Below are positions 12,553 to 29,700 of a stretch of DNA of 64,000 bases, one piece after another. Location: the NCBI GenBank assembly GCA_040954595.2, contig CM082596.2, positions 7,642,468 through 7,706,467 on the forward strand, given 5' to 3'. How positions within the stretch are numbered: the stretch's first letter is position 1; each line of letters begins with the position of its first letter. This stretch comes from Balanoglossus misakiensis (taxonomy: Eukaryota; Animalia; Hemichordata). The notes beneath the pieces are model-generated. The model was not told the DNA's origin. It did not search any database and worked only from the letters and a program-made list of their open reading frames with translations. Made by a program: the position numbers and the translations under genes.

Positions 12553-14222
12553 AGAAGGTATCCTAGAAAGGGTGTGAAATTATGTTGTTTGGGTGTGCCA
12601 TTTGGCTTGGGGAGTTCTAGGACGATGGTTACCATGCCAACTCGCACAACACCTGGTAGCTTAAGAGGACATAGCCAAATTTTCTTGATTTTATATCTAA
12701 AAAAATCACAGAAAAGGCACACCAAAAATTTAAAAAATTCACTTTTCAGAAAAATATAGAATATATATAACCAAAGCAATAACACAATCTAAAAACAGGC
12801 AAAGATTTTTCTGTCATTGGAATGTTTCTCAAAGATTATTCATAAAATGAAGGATTGCTTGTACAATAATGAACTGCCGTAATGCAAGATGGAATTTATT
12901 CAGTGAATGTATCAAAATGGCTGCATTTTCAAATTAATATCAAATCTGTCAGTCAACACAACAAGTTGTTTCCCCAAAAGAAATGTTGTGCTCCAATGTT
13001 TCTGAATTTTTGCTTAGAGGGTGGGTCTGTTTCAAAGAATCAATAATTGTACTGCCGTAATAGAAGTTTAACATTGATGCTTATTTCAGTTCAACTGTTT
13101 TATCAATTTTATGTTTGTAATCCTTGTGTCAGTTATATACTTTAAATATTTATTTGATTTTAAAAGTTTTGGTGTTCATATTACACATGTATAGGGAAAT
13201 TCATGACTGTGTATTCACCAGAAGGTTGTTTTTTTACAGTCTGTTTACTGTCAACAATTTTGTGTGATTGGTCAATTACAGTCATGTGATTTGATAAGTT
13301 CTGTCATGTGAAAGATTTGCATAATCTGCGGGCGCATAGAAAAATCCTGTGATGTGATTGGGCAATCAGTGTCACGTGACTAACCTTCGATCAGTCTGCA
13401 TGCTGTGTTTCATCAGCTTCAAGCAGTTGTATTTTGTGAATCGGGCTGGAGAGTCGATTTCAAGTCAGGTGATTTCTTGAATTTTGGGTAGTTTTTTGGG
13501 GGGGCTGTCGTTCGTCGTAACACTAACAGTGGTGGCCTGCCTTGAGTGTAGTTAGCCCTGGGTTCCATGGTTGTGTAGTGAGAGGCCTTACAAGCCTCAC
13601 TGTACAAACGCAGCCTCTCAGTCCCCCCTCCCCCACCCTCCCCCCATTCCTGGAACCTAGGGCTACATGTGGTTTTGATCCCAGTCAACCATGTTGCTTT
13701 ATCAACTCAGACTTCAAACATCAAGGCCACAAGTACCAACAACAGCATTTTGTGTACACTGTGAACATGGCGATTAACACAGCCTCTGAATATTCATTGA
13801 AGGACTCTGTCAACTTGTTGATCTCCGTCGCACAATCAGCAGCAGTTTTAAAAAAAAACAGGCGAAGAGCACAAGGCATTGGAGTGTAGGGGTGGTTTTG
13901 GTCAAGGTCCAGGGTTTTAAGGTATAAACATCCTGTGGCTGGGTCTGTGTCAAGTGTCAATCGAATCTGGTAGTCAAGCCTTACTGTAAATGGATGAATT
14001 GATTCCGGGGAAGAGATTTCTCACACTATGAAGGATCATGATTACTGTGTACTGTAATAGCATCTTCTATCTTTTCATCTGGTATTTACTTTTAGTTCTC
14101 CTTGATTGAATTCCAGTGAAAAATGTCAGGGGGGTCATATTGTACATCTGATGTAGGGCAACAAGCAAGGTCTTTTAAAGACAGCGTGCAAATTCAATCA
14201 TGTGTACCAATTTTATACTGGC

Positions 14223-14228
14223 AATAAA
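14223..14228 (+). other. Candidate polyadenylation signal for UBE2G2
   Basis: AATAAA followed by T/GT-rich sequence, ~1.7 kb after the stop codon; not verified. Confidence 0.3.
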
Positions 14229-15782
14229 GTAATAGATTGGGAAGTTCAAATTGCTGTGTGACATCCTTGCTTTTTATGTGACGGGAATATAGTAGGAAGA
14301 GTTCATCACAAAAAATCGTAAAAATGTCTCGATGTATCAGTAATCTTCACTTGCCTTTACTGATTTATTCCCCCCTGCAAACTTTCTGCCCCCCACCCCC
14401 AACTATAACTTGCATCTAGAATTACATGCAAGTTATCGGCACATGCAGGTACATGGAGCATTAAAGCGCATAGCTCGTCTCACGCGCATAACTTCCCAGC
14501 AAATTTTCCAGTCGATGCGTTCAAATAGTGGACTGCCTTCGCTTCCTTCCATAATTCATGCGCACCGTATAGTAGATTCTGGTTTTGTCCCTCCTTTTCA
14601 CCCAAGCTAGTGTCTTTTCCCGATCTCCGACACAGATTATGGTCGCCGCCATCTTGTATGAGCACTGCCTTATGGGATTGACTGTTCACTAAACGTCTGT
14701 AACCAGCGGCTACAGCTGGAACATGCGTGTGAGACGAGCTATGCGCTTTAACCAGAACTTGCAGGACACAGCCAGGATAGCCAGCCACACAAACAGTGAG
14801 TCCTCTCCTAAAAACCACTCAATCACTTCCCACACAGATCTAAATTACATAAATGTTTTAATAGCAAATGGTGAATGAATACATGTAGCATACTAAAGTG
14901 CAACAGATTCTGAGTGACCAGACATTTACACAATGTCACCACTCAAAGTGCTTATAAAATCCAGTTTCCATATTCAAGATCTACGATCATTAACATATTA
15001 AAATATAAATATGAATTTATAATGATATAATCATAAAAATGCCCTTGACTTCTGAATGACCACAGCATGATAGCAAGCTTACATTCCTACCACGACAAAT
15101 ATTAATTAAATACCATAACTTATAATTAATTTAACATGCTACCACTGTAAGAAAGATTGCCAAGCCCTCAATTGGCAACATCTTATTTCTTTCGTTTCTG
15201 CTCTGATGTAACCACTACCTACATCTTTTCTCTCATGAAAGATAGCTTTGTCACAGAAGGCAAAAACATGGAAGACTTGTCCTTCAACCGTATAAAAGGG
15301 ACACATTTCTCGACCTTGGCATTTGAACATACCGGTGGCAATGTACTTGTCTCACAGCGAAGGGAGTTTACAATTTGAATTTGCCACATGTCTCCCACAC
15401 CAGTAGGCCACTTACAGATGGATACAAGTGCATCACAGCTTGTTTAATTTTTTTTAATTAATTTAAATTGTGCAGTTCAGAGGCAGTGGAGGTAAATGGG
15501 ACGGTGCCTTGGGGAAGAAAAATGCCATAAATAAACGTAATACAGTGTAACAAAACGTGGGATATCTGAGAATAATCATCATTTTTTGCCGTTCATGGAA
15601 TTCACAGTAGGTGACAGGGTAGGTATTGCAAGGACAAGGTGAGGCAGGGGATTTTCTGCTGACCCAGTATTTTTTTGCAGCCTGGGAATTTTTAGACTGC
15701 AGCTGGTGCACTACTGGCCATCCCCACCCTACATGTAGTTATATAACTCATAGCAAAACTGTACACAAAATGCAGGCCTGCG

Positions 15783-19809
<4,027 letters not shown>

Positions 19810-20242
19810 TGTTACGATCACAGCTTTGTTGATTTCATAATGTTCAACTAAAATTTGTATGATTTCTGGTTTCCCCGGTATGGCAGTATGGCCTTCGACT
19901 GGATCCCGCGACGAATCATCGTACATCGCGAGAAAATTCGAGACTTTGTCTATTGGCCTCATTCTTGACTCTAGAGAGCGCTATTTCAGTCAAGTCTGAG
20001 TGAACATAGCCAGCTTTGATTTCCTGTGGTTTGCTAAAAAACCTAGGGCAATAGATCATGACCTCATAGATATAGATAGGAGCCATAGATCATGTTGGTC
20101 TTTGCACGGCCAAATGCGTAACTCCTTCTCATATATTCAAGAAAGCCCTGGTCTCTGAAAAAGTAGTTATCCGCCATGCCTACCGCCATGCACATCTCAA
20201 GTACATGCTGATCTCCGGAAAGCAAACAGTTTCCCAGTCTCT

Positions 20243-20663
20243 TTAAGGATGTACGCGCAGAACATAAACCGGAAACAGTGCGCGCCCGGTCTTTTTCCCA
20301 TAGGATTACATTGAAAATTGCTAGAAAACAAACTTCTACTATTGTCATTTTCACGAAATTTTACACATAGCTCAATCCAACAAATATAAATTCATTGGTC
20401 AAATAAAATATAGGGGTCACCGCGCTCTATTTTGAGATAAATTGCGTCAAAAAATTTGCCCATAGACAAACCATTGGTGAAAAATGCTGAGTCATCAGTT
20501 TTCTTCTACTATCGACCAAATTCATGGCTCTGTATTTCAAAAACAAGTGCGGTGACCCCTATATTTTATTACGGATTTTCATTATACATACAAAGGAGAA
20601 TCCAAAAATCCACAATTAAAAAAAATGACAATACTTTCAATTTTACTGAACGTACATCCTTAA
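20243..20663. mobile_element. TTAA-flanked palindromic MITE (Kolobok-like RR..YY termini)
   Basis: ttaa-GGATGTACG ... CGTACATCC-ttaa, with internal inverted repeats aatataggggtcaccgc / gcggtgacccctatatt. Confidence 0.75.
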
Positions 20664-20786
20664 TACTGATTTTTATTACAAAATAAACCAAATACCATGA
20701 ATGCAAATTAAACGCTACAAATGTATAGTAAATTGATCGACTCTTTCATGAATGAAACAAATAATTTCCACTTAAACGGAATTAAC

Positions 20787-22079
20787 TTAAACATGTGAGA
20801 AATTAGTTTCCACCAAACACATATCGTCGATTTCATCTGATAATGCCGACGCGAGTGCGCGTCGACTCAATATTGACAACGATGTTGACGTCTTGCTTTC
20901 GTCACCACCACTGTCCGTCGAGGGCGCCAACAGTTCCAGGTCCCAACTGGTCAGCCAATTCTCCACACGGCGGCGACGCATATCTGGAGACAGGTGACCG
21001 GTGTCGTCCAAAGTTAGACCGCTCTGGGTGTTGTCCGCAGAGGTGAAGAGTTTCTTTGTTGATCTTGTAGGCGCGGATGACGTCGACAACGATGATGATG
21101 ACGAGTCAGAGGAAGAGGACGATATCGGTGACGTCATCACGGTGTTTTTCTCAGCACACTCAAGGAAACGGTTGTTGTACGCGTCTTTTCCATACCTTCT
21201 GCTTTTTAACCATGGACGAATCGTAGTTTTTGTAGGGACGCCCCGCAGTGCGGTCTGTGCGTTGCTTTCAGGGCGAGTTTTGCATAGAAACCGGCACGAC
21301 ACGCCGGCGTTTCGTCTTTGGTGGGGATATCGTCTGTTCAGACTTGGATAAGTTGTCAGATTGTGGTTTCTGTTCCAGTAAACCGCAGTTGTATCGGTTG
21401 CTGATAGTTTCCCGTGACCGAAGCCGCCCGCCACGCTAGCCTTCCCGCCCGACTGTTCCGCCAGGCTGTTCCCAGAGAAGAGTTTCCAGTTCAGGTTGTT
21501 GGAAAAAATCTGACGTCTGGCTGATTGGCTGTAGTACAGGGCGTCATCAGCGCAGCGTTTGAACAAATCGTGAGTGATGGCACTGTCGCTCGGCCCCTTC
21601 GTGATGGCGTAGGGTGGATCGCGAACTCGGTATTTTCGTTTGAGGCACGATTTATTTGAATCGGCTCCAATCTGACGAGAATCAGAATCCAAGTCCGAAT
21701 CCAGCAGACTCGAAGAAGTCGACGACGAAAGGTCGAATTCTGCACTCTGAGTCGGCAATTCGCTGTTTTCGTCCGTGACGTCATCATCATGAAGGACCTC
21801 TTCACGGAAATAATCCCCGTCCGATGGATAAAACTCCGCTGATGAAAAGGATGACGATGACGAAGAAGATGATGAAGAAGAGGAGGACGAGGAGGAAGTG
21901 GATGAGGGGTAACTTGAAGAGAATGTTACCGGGTCGAAGACACGGCCAACTGTTCCCACAACATGACCCGACCTGTCGGCTAATTTCTTGCCTGCCGGAG
22001 TCGGCGCAGTGTCTGGTTCGGCCATCCGCTCTTCGTCAAACCAGTCGTCATAGAATACCAGTTCACCTGAGTCGGCCAT
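20787..22079 (-). CDS. Uncharacterised Ser-rich, probably disordered protein, 430 aa, single coding exon
   Basis: 1293-bp GC-rich ORF in an AT-rich background; Kozak-like agcATGG start; minus-strand AATAAA at 20677-20672. No family recognised. Confidence 0.7.
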   Translation of the reverse strand: MADSGELVFYDDWFDEERMAEPDTAPTPAGKKLADRSGHVVGTVGRVFDPVTFSSSYPSSTSSSSSSSSSSSSSSSSFSSAEFYPSDGDYFREEVLHDDDVTDENSELPTQSAEFDLSSSTSSSLLDSDLDSDSRQIGADSNKSCLKRKYRVRDPPYAITKGPSDSAITHDLFKRCADDALYYSQSARRQIFSNNLNWKLFSGNSLAEQSGGKASVAGGFGHGKLSATDTTAVYWNRNHNLTTYPSLNRRYPHQRRNAGVSCRFLCKTRPESNAQTALRGVPTKTTIRPWLKSRRYGKDAYNNRFLECAEKNTVMTSPISSSSSDSSSSSLSTSSAPTRSTKKLFTSADNTQSGLTLDDTGHLSPDMRRRRVENWLTSWDLELLAPSTDSGGDESKTSTSLSILSRRALASALSDEIDDMCLVETNFSHV

Positions 22080-23945
22080 GCTGAGTGGAATGTCCAGTAA
22101 CGAGATAAACGGATTACTTTAGGCCTACGTGAGTTGTTCACTGAGGCCTGCGTTGTCGATAGACCAAGTTACGTAGCGGGTGCCTACAGTTTGAGAAACG
22201 GTATTTCTCGGACGTATCTCTTTCACCCTCCCGACGAAACGCAGATGTCACACGAATTCGCTATCAATTGTATTTCAGCAAAGTTCCATCATCGCATTAT
22301 TCCGATTGTTTCTGTTTTTGTATTTTCTGTCGTTGCCACAGAGAATCGAACGAACGACTGCTTCGAACACAGCCTGGTTCGCGAATCGGAATTCATGCAC
22401 ACAGTATTCCAGAATTCATTCACGACTTGTTCGTGGGTAGCGTGCATGGAATTCTGCTATGAGAAGGGGATCAGTCTTCGTGTTTTAGTCGAAACAGTCA
22501 CCATGGCAAGCGAATATAACCGCCAAACTTTTTTCAATAAATTAATTTCATGAAAATATCGTTAATTTATAATACGTGTACAGCATTTTGTCAAACGAAA
22601 CAGCCAACCTTCTCACGATGCTAATCTCATGTCACATTGTTCTTGTACCGTTTCTGTTTCGTATTCTTTACCGTTGCCATAGACAACGGAATGAATTGTC
22701 ATTTGGAACTCCCCGAATAGCCGTTGTTTACGCGCACAGAACTCTGCGCTGCTTGGAACCTCGATTCCAAGAGTTGACGTCGTTCAACAAATACTCAACG
22801 AGATCTCAAGTCGAATGGGTAGTACATCGGGCAGACATATGAATTAAATCTCTCTGTCCGCGACTGCTTTCTTTAATGAAATACAATACTTTATTTCTGA
22901 GTTTTAGTCCCGTACAAAGTATTACTAGTATTAAATGTCCGTTCAATATTTACATGTTTACACGTTTCGATTCCAAACTTGCAATAGTTCTGGAACGTGA
23001 GTTGTGATGTATGAAGAACGCGCCAAGCTCTCGAACGGGACTTCTAGATCAATGGGAATCTTTGAATATTCGGTGGTTGCCATAAACACACTGCCGAACA
23101 CCAGTAAATATTCAGTATGTCAACATGTTTTTATTAGAATGTTAACGTTACTACAACAGGATTGTTTCCGACACCACAACCGGTACGCAGTGCCAGTTTC
23201 CATGGGAACCATTTGCTGCGAGCAAATAACCAGATCATGAATACCAATGGCATCGATTGTGTACGGTAAGATTTGAATATGAGCGGAAATCACAGATGTA
23301 CATGTACATGATTCACCTGACTTTCTGTTCGAACCCATGTCACAACACGTTGGTCCGACGTCGATCGGCCCGCATGCGAGACTGACAGATTGCGGAAAAT
23401 TCAATCAAACCGTCTCTGCATAAAATGGAAAAAAATCGTGAGAGTACAGGCAGTCGGGCGCTGCAGAATACATTTTGGTTTAGAAGTGGGTAGGTCTATC
23501 TGTCGGAGGATCTAGGCTGCACCCGCCCTCTACAATTTATTGTAGAGTGCCCCTTCTCAGGTCTGGTCGTACTGCGGTTTCGCCATACACGGCTGTTCTT
23601 CCGTATTCGACGCCAACCATCAGAAGCCATCGCTTAACTTGCGCGAACGACAGGCTGTAATTTTATCATAAACCGCAGGAACATACAGTATAAACCACAT
23701 ATACATGTATGCAAACACATACAACCACTGAGCATGCGCAAAACACGTATCCCAAAATATGGTTTCCAACACGGCAGCTGTTGCGCTTTACATAAGCTGG
23801 CGCCCCATAATCCCTGCACAGGACAATTCGCACCTAAAAAAAGCCACGCGAATGTCTAACTGTACACTCAACGCGACAGGATTGTTCATACAGCGGGGCG
23901 ATTTTTTTATGCGCCAAATTTCCACCCGTAAGACCGACTGGGACC

Positions 23946-26772
23946 ATGTTGACGGAGTGGAAAACGAAAGTTATTTCTTTAAGGTGGGTGGTGCTGAGAC
24001 GATGGTGTGGTTTCCACGGTGATCAGAACGGGAAGCAGGTCCGGGTCCAATGGTGGCGCATATACAGTGTATCAGTTCACGCTCATAAACAATAAACATT
24101 TTCATACGTCACCAACGCCACCGCCGTATAGGCTTACCAGTGAAAAGCTGAAACCCATTGGATTCATCTGTGAACAAAATCTATCCCAACGAAGTAATAT
24201 GACCAAGTTGTCTAACTAAACCAGTGATAAAAAACATTAAGTCATCTCCAAACTCTATGTTTAAGTGGTACACAAATGCAAATATAATATCGAGTTTGTA
24301 GATTGATATAGGCCTATGCGGCACTGGTTGATATATTACTACCCTGCAGCTGTGCTGTTTCGTTGTTTATTTTTAACGTGAAACGCACTTAGCAAAGCAA
24401 ATTGAACTGTGTTTGTGTAAATCATGTATCAATCAGCGAGTTGCCGACTGGGTTGCAATTCGGTTCAGATCATAGGAATATTGTATTGTATTGTATTGAA
24501 TTGTATTGTATTGTATTGTATTGTACTGTATTGCATTTTATGTATGTATGTATGTATGTATGTATGTATGTATGTATGTATGTATGTATGTATGTATGTA
24601 TGTATGTATGTATGTATGTATGTATGTATGTATGTATGTATGTATGTATGTATGTATGTATGTATGTATGTATGGATGGATGGATGGATGGATGGATGGA
24701 TGGATGGATGGATGGATGGAATTTGAGCTTTGGAAACAATGCCACATTCTAACAATTCACTCCTTCATTGCAGCAAATCAAGCTGGCTGACCAACAGGCG
24801 TGTTATGGCAGTGGGCAGTTCCGTGCTGGTCTTCTACATTTGGTACCAAATTTTGGCGTTTGAAAACTACTACGAAAGTCACATGCACATGCGCATCATT
24901 CCTGCCAGTGACAGCCGCCGAATACCGGCAAAGTCACGTGACAGGTAAGCCTTCACCAGTCCAAGTTGAGCCATGAACGTTCCAGACCTTCCACCCACTA
25001 CGGGGACCCAGCTCAAATTGGTCAAATGATCGTCGGTGATCGTGGCCAGGTTAAGAAATTTCCAGTGTCATCCTTTGTACTATTTCTAGATGTAAATTCT
25101 TTCTCTTTCGTTTATATTCAGCGTCAAAATGGACAGACGCCCCAACAAAGATACCGAGATTTCGCTCCGTAAGTATGGATTTTGAGTATAAGAATTTATC
25201 GGAATGTTTCATTTACTCATGATTGTAAGATGAAAAAGTCAATCTGACGAAAATTCCATCCATATACTCTCCCATCCATTAAACCACCTGTAGACTCTTC
25301 CATCCACATACCCACCACCCATCTGTCCGTCCGTCCGTCCGCCCTGCCGCCAATCCATCCATCTATCCATCCAACAACTCACCCACCGATCCACCTACCC
25401 CAACCCACCTACAAAAATACTCATAGTATGCTCCTTGAGATCGTGACTTGCTATTTAAGTGCGACTAGCATATACCAGTCGCAGATACCCTTCTGAGATA
25501 CCTAACATCTGGCTGCAGTTGGCCAATTATGGCCACATGTCGGGAATTTCAATAAGACTGGATGTCATTGGCTGATCAGGTAAATGATATCTGCATATGA
25601 CTTCCTTGAAACACCGAGTCAGAATTTCTTTGCTTGTAACAGCGATCGATGGAAGACGTGAGTTGACGAAGTTCCCGAGCAAGCCAATTAAAAACAGACC
25701 CCGGATGAAGTCACAGCCCTCAAACGACACGGTTGTAGGCGGCGGAGTGGAAGACCAAAACAGGTGTCAGAAGAAAAGAAACGCCGTCTTTTTAAAAACA
25801 CACGGGACTGGCAGTGAGACCGCTTCTCAGCTGTTCGCGCGCTTCGGCGATCTGAACAACCTCAACCCGGCCCTGCCGCGTTTCAGCCACCGTGATGTGA
25901 ACTACCCTAACCAGATGAACGCGACGTTTTTTCTGAAGCCGCCGTCCAGAGATCGGTTCAACACGTTCTTCCTGGAAGCCGTGTACAACAGGTCTTTCCT
26001 CGAGCAGATCATGTCACCGCAGGCCAAGTACTTCACTGTCATTCGCGAACCTTTCTCGCAGTTTCGCTCGGCCTTTGAACACCTCAAAGTCGCGGAGACC
26101 CTGCATCACGCAGGCAGCCCATCACCACTCCACACGTTTCTGGAGAACCCGGAAAGCATGCCGTGGCAAAGAGAGTTTCCCTTTTTGAAGAACTTCATGA
26201 CCTTTGACCTCGGACTTCCAAAATCTGCTGCAGACGACATGATAGCAGCTGGCCGCTACTTGAACACCCTAGATCGAGACTTTGACCTGGTGATGATTTT
26301 TGAATATTTTGACGAATCGCTTATTCTTTTGAGGCGCCTTTTATGTTGGCACATTAAAGACATTCTTCACGTACCCTTGGACGATCCCCTGAAATACCGG
26401 AAACCGCAAATAACCACCAACACGAAGGAACTGTATGCGAAATTCAGTCCGGTCGATCTTATGCTGTACAATTATTTCAACGAAACGTTTTGGCGAAGGG
26501 TTTCAAACGAGGACGATTTTGAACGGGAAGTAGCATATTTTAGATTCATAAACTCACAATTTGTTGAATTCTGCAAGAAACCGGACTCCCAGAACCGAGT
26601 TTTTGTGGTGGGGGAATCTGATTGGTCGAGCGGCTTTGCGATTGAGGAGACATTTTGTAGCCAAGCGAGGATGACCTTTTCTGATTATGTCCGTAAGTTA
26701 AAGGAGAAAATTTACAGTGCTAAACGGAGAAAATCAAAGCCTAAACTGAAAGGTCAAGTACTGACGCGATAA
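23946..26772 (+). CDS. Galactose-3-O-sulfotransferase (GAL3ST/cerebroside sulfotransferase family)-like type II Golgi membrane protein, ~461 aa
   Basis: Exons 23946-23983, 24774-24944, 25122-25168 and 25643-26772 splice in phase (the first exon is the least certain). N-terminal TM anchor ([20 protein letters not shown]), a stem region, then C....[12 protein letters not shown]...[45 protein letters not shown] and D..LY.YFN.TFW. Confidence 0.88.
24479..24720. repeat. Compound microsatellite (TATTG)n-(TATG)n-(GATG)n in GAL3ST-like intron 1
   Basis: Direct read; ends ~50 bp before the acceptor at 24773. Confidence 0.97.
25255..25410. repeat. Degenerate (CCAT/CCGT/CCAC)n microsatellite in GAL3ST-like intron 3
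   Basis: Direct read. Confidence 0.7.
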
Positions 26773-29700
26773 TAGATCTTTTTTTTCGAACTCCAAGAGG
26801 GAAACACTCTCGTGACAACTTGGACAAACAATCAAAGCCACTGAAAACTGACCATGAAAGGTGAAGTACTGATGACGCGCGCATACATGATTCATTAAAA
26901 TTGCCACTCGGAATAATTTCTTTGACAGTTTTATTGTCATATTGCCAAACGTGTTTTATCATTTTCACACGATGTGTTGAAAAAAAAGTCGTTTCAGTCA
27001 GTGACGTTGAACGTCTCAGTATTTGGGTGACGGCAGAGATACCTAAACATTCAAATGTGTTGCATATATCGAAATTTGGTCTTTTTTATATCACCCTACA
27101 TTTGCATCATGACCGAAACGGGTTTTGGTGTCCTCCATCCGGAAATGGCCCACTTTTCGGGAGGCATATCGATCTTCATCGACACCGTGGTTTCTCTGGT
27201 TTCCTCTCCGTTTCTGTCGCTGGTGGCGCTGTCGACCGAATGAGTAAATGGCAAAACCAGAATTCGCGTGATCCCCAGAGACATACTAAGACACAATACA
27301 AATTTACAAATTGCGCCACCACACGCTCATGAAAACACTTACCCCCTTTTTTTTCTTTACCATGAATATGTCAATTGGAGGTGATACTTATACATAGGTT
27401 TCAATAACTAATGCGTAGACTGGGCCCTTGTACATAATTCTGTTGGTGCCGATAATCTTAGGGTTACTGAAACCTATCTGTCTATCCCACTCCAGGCCTA
27501 GGCGCCCACGATTTGCTCTTTGAAGTTGAAACGGTGTCATGAAGACCTTCAAGTTTGGCTTATTTACTGGATGATGTTTCATGTGGCCTAGGCTTAACAG
27601 TTTAACAGTTTGGGGGCATGCATGTTAATCTTTAAAGGAAAGCGATTTCTTCAGCCGACTGACCGCACAACGTAATATCACTGACCTTGATAAGCACAGG
27701 TCACGGTCACCTCGATATTCGATATGCGCACGTAAACCAGTGGGGATTTAGTGCAGTGGTTATTCACTGCACGTTTTTGAGTTGTTGGCAACGTCTGAGT
27801 TAGACAAGCCTACTACTCGCTTGGCGATTTGTTTGTCTTTACAAAGATTCTTGAATAACTAATTCGGTTGTTCGAGATCTTGTAATTTTTTTCTCTCGTT
27901 ACGTTTCGTGCGTTTGCTTGCTTTGAGCGAGTTTCAGCACTGAACTGAGTTTCTGTTACTGCCCTCAACGGGCCTACGCGATCCTATGACAGGCGCGTTC
28001 ACTCGTCCCCGTGACACGCTATGCAGATTCGGAACAAACTTTTCTGAAATTAATTTATTAAGACATAATAAAGCCCACAGACTTGGGGCAAGTCTAATTC
28101 TGAGTGTGTGTAGCATGCCATCTCATCGTGTTGAAAATTTCATAAAATGCCCGCATTTTGGAAAAACAAAACCGGTCTCCACAATTCGCTGTGTTTTGTA
28201 CCAGAAAATTACCATTATCTGCTCTCTAAATAGAAACAACATTTCATGGAGGTTGGTCTCAAATTACACGTCTGGTGATTTTAATTTCCTCGGCATTCTA
28301 GAATGACATCCACTTGGTTTGTTTTCGTACTCATTGTAGTAATTGGGTTAATTTGGTAAAATGCGAAGACTGCTTTTGGAATAATGCGCACTCAAAGGCC
28401 ATCGACTTTGTCGCTCCGTGTAGGGTTACGCTATGAGTAGCCAGAAAACCCACTCATCCATGCATGGTCAATTTCAACTCCAGACACTGCTGCGCACACA
28501 GCCCATGAAAATCGATATTCCACACATTAAAAGCACTTCATAAAACGTGTAACGCAGGAAGTTTCCAGTTATCGGGGTTTGCGTCCACTTGTCAGCGGAA
28601 AGCTGGGACTGTAGTCGAACATCAAATAAATTTTGGCCAGAATCTTTCAATGTAGCACAAATGATATTATTACATTGTACTGGAAAGTGTGTGCCGGTAC
28701 CTTGACAACTAGAGCGTACTTAAACTTCACAGTTCGAACGGTGTGCATGATACACGACAAGTCATGACTTGATGGCAAGATAATGTATCACGAAGAGTTA
28801 AATCATGCTTTTTATGTATTGACTGGTTCCAAACGCCAAAAGCCGTCATACGTTCATTAGTAAAGATTCTGTCACTGCCCTGTTCTGAATGACTCGTTTG
28901 GTGTACATCCTCGAACAGAACAGAACAGCCAAGAATCAGCAAAGGTAAAGATCGAGCCAATCCTACATCTAATTTTAATCAGATTGGGATGGCTACATTT
29001 TTATTGAATTTAATAATAGGTAAATCTGAGCAATTGATGGCGTTGGTGGCGCTATAACATTCTCTTGGTCGACTGGAGCTGGACTCAGTGGAGCACTTAT
29101 GTGTAAGTCAAAAACTCGCTGACCCAGAGGTCTTGCTTGGAAAAAAAAAACAGGCCGCCCTCCTAACACAGGAAAAAGCTTTCTCCACTACATTAAAGAA
29201 TATAGACTTCAAAAATATTGTCCACAGTACTATAAAGGCTTCCTATTTTATGGCGAATATAAACACCCATGTAATATGAAGCCATTATAATTTGACCTTT
29301 AACGTAGGAATTAAATGTTCACTATTCTTAAAATCGACAACGACAATGTGTCCTCAAAGTTCACATTCGGTTTTAATTCATTTAAATACAAGATATATCA
29401 AGACGAGAAGCCTCTGTCATGTAATTGCATGTTTACTGTAATAGTCGGGTCATCAGCGAATATCATATTACAATTTTTGTAAATCATTCGAATGACGTGG
29501 TACGTTGACAAGAAAGAGCATGAGAACAGTTAAGCGGGTGCAACTTCACCCAAACGCAGTTGGACACTTGATGAAAACCGCGCAATCCATCGTTACTTTA
29601 GTACGCGTGACTCATAATATTAGTATTGATAAAACAGATTTAATATTTTGGCACGAAGTTCCGCTTTCCCACACTTAGAGAGTATTGCACTTATAGTTTA

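Noticed and set aside
13555-13690. tRNA/SINE-like stretch (tggttgtgtagtg ... ggttttgatccca)
   Set aside because: No cloverleaf can be built and box spacing is wrong; at most a decayed SINE.
25597-25642. ORF-track start MTSLKHRV for the sulfotransferase
   Set aside because: This segment is intronic: it ends in a polypyrimidine-CAG acceptor at 25642, and the TM anchor is supplied by upstream exons.
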